DNA of 64,000 nucleotides, taken from contig CALKLF010000008.1 in NCBI GenBank assembly GCA_937992175.1, positions 7,847 through 71,846 of the forward strand, given 5' to 3'. Under the pieces are notes generated by a model. That model was given only the letters and a program-made list of their open reading frames with translations, was not told where the DNA came from and ran no database searches. Position numbers and translations under genes: made by a program. Shown one piece after another: positions 58,855 to 64,000 of this stretch. Source of the stretch: an uncultured Fimbriimonadales bacterium. GTDB taxonomy: Bacteria; Armatimonadota; Fimbriimonadia; Fimbriimonadales; GBS-DC. The first letter of the stretch is position 1. The number at the start of each line of letters is the position of its first letter.

Positions 58855-61800
58855 ATGCGACGCTTCGCGCTGATGGGGCTGCTGGGACTTGCGCTGAGCG
58901 CCTCAGCGCAAGAGAGCGCTGCGCCGTTATTAGATCTGAACGGGGCGGTAAAGCCGTCCACGCCTACTGCCTCGCAGACCGTCGGTGAATCGACTTCGGA
59001 CATCCTGCCGGGCAACGGCACGCGCGGCGGCTATATGACCCGCTATGCGCCCGTGATTCCTTACTCCGAATCGGTCTATGTGGACGGCAAACGCCTGCAG
59101 CGCGATGTCGATTACTGGATCGACTACGCCTCTGGGCATCTCGCGCTCGCGTTGCCTGTGAGCCGCGTCTCGACAGTGCAGATTTACTATCGCTATGACC
59201 CACAGGGCAAGCGCGAGAGCGTGGTGGGCGCGCTACCGATTCTGTCGCTCTCGTTCGGGCAGGGAGGCGGGATTAGCGCGCTCTATATGCCAGGCATGAC
59301 CGAGACCACGAAAGACGGCGCCGCCTATCGCCTGAGCGCGTATGGCATGCAGAACGCCCTGCGCTTTGGGGGCGGCGGCAGCCTGCAGGGTTACTTCTTT
59401 GTCGGCTCGCGCGATGCCATCAACGCCTACGCCGCGCCGAATGTGCGCGACCGTCAACGCCCCAACATCGCCCCGTCCGAAACCGCGCAGTTCGTCGTGC
59501 AGCAACTGCAGCTGAACGCGGGCGCGCTCCAGCTCCGCGCACACTATCAGGACATCGGCAAGGGCTTCTCCGCGCAGAAGATGCTCGGCATGCAGAGCGG
59601 GCTGGACGCGAGTCAGCTCGCTGCATGGGAGCGCGAGCGGGGACTCAAACGCTATGATTATGCCGTCGGGCTGAACCTTGGCGGCGCGTCGCTGCAACAG
59701 ACGCAACTGCGCATTCAGGACGACAAAGGCGCCATCGAGCAAGAGGGCTGGCAGTTCACCAGCAGCTGGCTGAACCTGAACTGGACGCGGCGCGAATCGA
59801 GTGCGCAGTTCCAGCGTTATAAAGATTTGGGCGACCAGCAGAAGGGCGACTGGGAGCGCGAGCGGGGACTCGTGCGCGAGCAACTCGCCTCCAGCCTGCA
59901 GTTCGCCCCCAACAGCGCGTTGAAGTTTGACCAGCTGCGGCTCCGTCAGGGCAAGGAGCGCATCGAACGCGATGTGTACGCGCTTGAAACGCCCTGGCTC
60001 AAAGCCTCGCGCCTGCAGCAGCGTGTGGGTGAAGGCTTCACCCGATTTGGCGACCTCGCGGAGGGCGACAAAGGGCAACTCGCCCGCGAAGTCGGGATGA
60101 GCCGCGACCAGACGCACCTCGAAATCACGCAGCCTGGCTTCAAACTCGCCGCCGCCGACCACGAGATTCGCTCCCCCACAGGCAAACTGGAGCGTGAGAG
60201 CATCCGCGTCGAGACGCCCACGGTGGTCGTGGAGCATACGCATCGCGCTGTGTCGCCCGAATTCGGCAAACTGCCCAACCTCGCCCCGCAAGAACATCAG
60301 CAGCTGGTGGAGGAAGTGCGCCAGTTCCACGATACCTCGAACGCCGTGCCGTTCGACCCGAACCACGACCTGCCGCTGCTCATGCGCGAGCAGGGGCTGG
60401 AGCGCACCATGCAGCGCGTGGAGGTCAAGCCCTCGAAAGATACGAGCCTGCAGATGCGCCGCTACGAGACCGCCAACCGCGCAGGCGAAGGGGATCTCAA
60501 GGGCGTGCAGTGGCAGCTGCGCACCCCGACCCTGCAACTGCGCCTGCACGAACGCAACATCGCCTCCGGCTTCACCCGCCTGCGCGACCTCACGCGCATC
60601 GAGCAGCTACTGTTCCACAACGAGCAGGGCATCCACCGCTTCGACTGGGACGCGGCAATCACTACCAGGCAGTTCGGGCTGGCGTTCTCACAGATGCGCG
60701 TGCGCGAAATCGGCGCGGGGCTGCACCGCACCAGCGCGCGATTCATCCACCCGCTCATCGAGCTGCACTACCACCAGCGACAGGTCGACGCCGACTTCGC
60801 GCGGGCGCACGATTTGGCAGACCCCGAACGCGACTTTTTTGCGCAGCTGCGCGGCTACAGCCAGCACGACTGGACTGCCCGACTCCGCCCCGCGCAGAAC
60901 TTCCAGCTTGAACTGTTCGGTTTCGGCGCACGCAACCCGCTGGAGAACATCAACAGCCGCCGCCAGCGCTATCGCTTCGTGTGGCGGCCGTTCAAGAACC
61001 TCACTTTCGGACGGCACCAGGACGAGTATCAGTCCGATAAAACCCTCGAGCGGCTCTATCAGGACGAGTATGAGCGCAACGATTTGCAGTATCAGCTGGG
61101 CTGGGGGCAGTTGAACGCCTATCAGGAGCGGCGGCGCATCGGCGGCACGCTCGCCAACCCGCTCTATCAGGATACCGAGTTCTGGCGATTCAATACGGCG
61201 GCGATTCGCAACTTGAACCTCGCGCTGGAGGAGCGACGCACCAACGCCACGGGCATGCCCAGCGAGCGCTATCGGCATTACCAGACCGCCTACACGCTTA
61301 ACCCACGCACGAAACTGCAGTTCGCTCACATGGAGGCGCAGCGGGAAGGCGCGCCCGACGAGAGCGCACAGCAACTCGGGCTGGAGTATGAGATTGCGCA
61401 GGGCGCGAAACTCACCTTCTCCGAGACGCGCAACGCCAAAGAGGGCGCGAACGGCAACCGCGTGCTGTCGGCAGGTCTTACGCAAACTGTTTTCGGCGTG
61501 TTGAGCATCGGCGGCGCGTATCAGGAACAGCGCGTGGATCGCACCAACACCCGCGCTCAGAGCCAGGTAGTCATCCAGAGCGCGAAGCCGTTCAACTTTT
61601 TGGGGCTGCAGGAGTTCCAGTTCGACTTCCGCTACGGCGCGCTTGCCGACCGCGGCGCATGGCAACAGGAGAACAAACACTTCACGGCGCAAGCCACCGC
61701 CCTGCGTCACAAAATCGCAGGCGGCTATGTCGGTCTCTATGTGCCCGGGCAGGGACGCGCCGTCGATCGCTACTGTCAGCTCGAATCGCCCCCGCATCCG

Positions 61801-62334
61801 CAGCTGCGCTACAGCCTGCACTACAAAACGCGCACCTATCAGGACGGCAGGCTGTTCCTTGTACGCAACTATAACATTTCCTACAAACTGGACGGGCGGT
61901 TCACCCTGACCCATGAGTTCCAGACGCACCCGGAGCAGGCGAACGCGAATGTCGTGCTGGGCAGCGTGCTGCAGCCGACGGGCGTCTCCGCGTGGGGCTT
62001 GGAGTGGCGCTGGACGCCGCGAATCTTCCTGCGCGGGGATTATCGGATTGAATGGAACGACCACCAGAACCGTCGCACGCGACGCGGCGGGCTGACCCTC
62101 AGCACGAATCAGGCGGACAATCTGAGCTACAGCGTCGGCTATCGCGTGGACGCCGAACGCTTCGGCGAGCGCAACGCCATCGCCCACACCTTCTTTCTCT
62201 CTACCGAGCGCAAACTCGACTCCGAGAACTTCCTAATGTTCGGCTTCCAGTGGACGCACTACGAACGCCGCCCCGACCTCAGCATCCCACGCGACCAGCA
62301 GCGCTTGGTACTGGAGTGGCGGAGGCCGTTTTAG
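58855..62334 (+). CDS. Large exported, probable outer-membrane beta-rich protein with internal repeats
   Basis: Signal peptide, amphipathic beta strands, terminal Phe, recurring F.R..DL....RE.G..R motif. Confidence 0.75.
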   Translation: MRRFALMGLLGLALSASAQESAAPLLDLNGAVKPSTPTASQTVGESTSDILPGNGTRGGYMTRYAPVIPYSESVYVDGKRLQRDVDYWIDYASGHLALALPVSRVSTVQIYYRYDPQGKRESVVGALPILSLSFGQGGGISALYMPGMTETTKDGAAYRLSAYGMQNALRFGGGGSLQGYFFVGSRDAINAYAAPNVRDRQRPNIAPSETAQFVVQQLQLNAGALQLRAHYQDIGKGFSAQKMLGMQSGLDASQLAAWERERGLKRYDYAVGLNLGGASLQQTQLRIQDDKGAIEQEGWQFTSSWLNLNWTRRESSAQFQRYKDLGDQQKGDWERERGLVREQLASSLQFAPNSALKFDQLRLRQGKERIERDVYALETPWLKASRLQQRVGEGFTRFGDLAEGDKGQLAREVGMSRDQTHLEITQPGFKLAAADHEIRSPTGKLERESIRVETPTVVVEHTHRAVSPEFGKLPNLAPQEHQQLVEEVRQFHDTSNAVPFDPNHDLPLLMREQGLERTMQRVEVKPSKDTSLQMRRYETANRAGEGDLKGVQWQLRTPTLQLRLHERNIASGFTRLRDLTRIEQLLFHNEQGIHRFDWDAAITTRQFGLAFSQMRVREIGAGLHRTSARFIHPLIELHYHQRQVDADFARAHDLADPERDFFAQLRGYSQHDWTARLRPAQNFQLELFGFGARNPLENINSRRQRYRFVWRPFKNLTFGRHQDEYQSDKTLERLYQDEYERNDLQYQLGWGQLNAYQERRRIGGTLANPLYQDTEFWRFNTAAIRNLNLALEERRTNATGMPSERYRHYQTAYTLNPRTKLQFAHMEAQREGAPDESAQQLGLEYEIAQGAKLTFSETRNAKEGANGNRVLSAGLTQTVFGVLSIGGAYQEQRVDRTNTRAQSQVVIQSAKPFNFLGLQEFQFDFRYGALADRGAWQQENKHFTAQATALRHKIAGGYVGLYVPGQGRAVDRYCQLESPPHPQLRYSLHYKTRTYQDGRLFLVRNYNISYKLDGRFTLTHEFQTHPEQANANVVLGSVLQPTGVSAWGLEWRWTPRIFLRGDYRIEWNDHQNRRTRRGGLTLSTNQADNLSYSVGYRVDAERFGERNAIAHTFFLSTERKLDSENFLMFGFQWTHYERRPDLSIPRDQQRLVLEWRRPF

Positions 62335-63992
62335 CTCCCGCTACCTCCATTCCTTAAACTCGGCAGTAGCGACGGCAGCTGGTGGGGGGCAAGCGGAACC
62401 GTGTCGCTCGCCAAGCCGTCAGGCGTCCCCAGCCCGCGCCGAATCGTCTCCCACCAGTCCCACTGCACGATATGTGAGGCGTCGAAAATCATCACGCCGT
62501 GCGAGTTCAGGCGCGCGGCGCGGATGGCCCGCTCGAACCCCGCTGGGTCGCCCCGATAGTCCAGCGCGTAAATCCCTGAGTAGACAAACAAATCGCCGTT
62601 CGTCCACTCCATCACGCGGCGCGTCATCCCTTCCACCGTGCGAATCTCATCGCCGTCATAGAGGGGAGCTTCATTCATGAACGGGATATTGAAATAGACG
62701 CCGGGCATCAGGTAGTCCATATCATACAGGTAGGAGGTGAGCCGATATTCGGGGCTGACGAAGCCGTAGGGTCGCGCTAAGGCGTCGCTGCCCCAGTTCA
62801 CGCCGAGTTCAAAGTAAATCGGATACCAGCTGCCCACATACGCGCCGATGGGCATCGGGCGCACGGATTCGATCGTGCGACGAATGTCGCGCAGCAGGTC
62901 ACGGATTACGCGGGCGCGGAACTCTGCCCACTGCCCGAAGCGCTGACCGCGCTCATACCCCTCGCGAGGCAGCGTCGGCGGGCGCACGATGTCGTCGGGC
63001 CAGTTGCTCACGCGCCCGTACTCGGCTTCGAACGCCGCGCGTGTGCGCTCCGAAAAGTCGGTATACACATTCGCCCAGCGCATCCGATCCAGCACGAACC
63101 CGTCAATCGGGTAGTTCTGGCAGATTTCGCGGATAATACCCAGCAGCCGCTCGCGCACGACGGGATGCAGCGGGTTCACGAACACGGCGATGCCCTCCGT
63201 GTCCGATTCGGCAATCGGCTGCAGGATGGGCTGCGTCTGTAGGGTTAACCCGACGCCCAGCGTACTGAGCCTTTCTAAGTTTTGCGCCGCCTGCCCGTCG
63301 GCGACCAGAATCCAGCCGTTTTCGGGGGGCGTGAGCGGGCGCGCGACGAACATCCCATCGATGACCGCCTGCACACGCAGATCGTCAGTGAGAATCGCAT
63401 ACGCCCAGCTGCGTCCCGCGGGCGGTACGGGCGCAGGGTTGCGCCGATACGCCGCAATCCCATCGGGCGGGGGCGTGACATCGAAGCGGTTCAGCTCATA
63501 GCGCGAGCCATCCGGCAACACCAGCGTGCGCCGCCGCGAGTAGGCGACCATCTGCCAGTCCACATGCTCATAGGCAGGACCCGAATTGAACATCTTGTGC
63601 CCTTCGGACAGCACATTGATATTCGCATGCACCTCCAGCCCAATCGCGTGCGCCTCTTCCAGGAACACCTGCAGCACATCGATATCGGGCGGAACCTGAA
63701 TCCCGCGCCATTCGGTGAGCTTAGGGGCGATTTGACTGTGATACAGCACATGCCCGCTAATCGGCTTCACATCCAGCACGATGCAGTTGATGCCGACCTC
63801 ACGACATCGTCGCACAAAGTCGCGAATCTGGGCGCGGTCAATCAGCCAGCTGAGGTTCGCCGTCGCGTCGACCCACATCACGCGCCCTTCGAGTCCCATG
63901 CGCCGCGTGAGCGCGACCGACGGCGGCAACAACTGGGGGAACGCACTTGCGCATACGCCTGCCAGAACAACCCAACACCAGAACCGACGCAT
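62331..63992 (-). CDS. Family-10-like glycoside hydrolase (GHL10/DUF187 type)
   Basis: Signal peptide, LDVKP..G..LY.S, EEAHAIGLEVHA, NPLHP.VR, YPIDGFVLDR.R. Confidence 0.82.
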   Translation of the reverse strand: MRRFWCWVVLAGVCASAFPQLLPPSVALTRRMGLEGRVMWVDATANLSWLIDRAQIRDFVRRCREVGINCIVLDVKPISGHVLYHSQIAPKLTEWRGIQVPPDIDVLQVFLEEAHAIGLEVHANINVLSEGHKMFNSGPAYEHVDWQMVAYSRRRTLVLPDGSRYELNRFDVTPPPDGIAAYRRNPAPVPPAGRSWAYAILTDDLRVQAVIDGMFVARPLTPPENGWILVADGQAAQNLERLSTLGVGLTLQTQPILQPIAESDTEGIAVFVNPLHPVVRERLLGIIREICQNYPIDGFVLDRMRWANVYTDFSERTRAAFEAEYGRVSNWPDDIVRPPTLPREGYERGQRFGQWAEFRARVIRDLLRDIRRTIESVRPMPIGAYVGSWYPIYFELGVNWGSDALARPYGFVSPEYRLTSYLYDMDYLMPGVYFNIPFMNEAPLYDGDEIRTVEGMTRRVMEWTNGDLFVYSGIYALDYRGDPAGFERAIRAARLNSHGVMIFDASHIVQWDWWETIRRGLGTPDGLASDTVPLAPHQLPSLLPSLRNGGSGS

Positions 63993-64000
63993 CGAGGCGA

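Overview
A GC-rich bacterial chromosomal window. The DUF1559/H-X9-DG prepilin-like genes, Rpn paralogues, TonB-dependent receptor and thyX suggest a diderm, probably Armatimonadota (inference). It holds about 55 genes, many housekeeping (priA, mfd, rny, recX, thyX, prmA, rsmE, sdhB, surE, sthA, dnaN, copA, comF), and three tRNAs (Val-TAC, Arg-TCG, Pro-GGG). Best candidate for a new system: a tightly coupled four-gene ubiquitin-like conjugation operon (35319->32693, minus strand). It encodes a 64-aa atypical modifier ending ...WEDG|AF, an E2-like protein with a Cys, a JAB-ThiF(E1) fusion with no crossover-loop Cys, and a tandem Zn-finger protein. Other notable items: (1) a ~4.7-kb PICI-like element at tRNA-Val whose integrase frame runs into the tRNA without a start codon; (2) an N-terminally truncated Mfd; (3) three palindromic repeat families inserted in frame into several proteins; (4) a toxin-antitoxin-like cassette bracketed by a 131-bp duplication of the copA promoter and 5' end; (5) a TonB receptor/binding protein/long-stalk kinase signalling cluster; (6) a giant repeat-containing outer-membrane protein; (7) repeated leaderless-type promoters. 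All family assignments come from reading motifs by eye; no searches were run.
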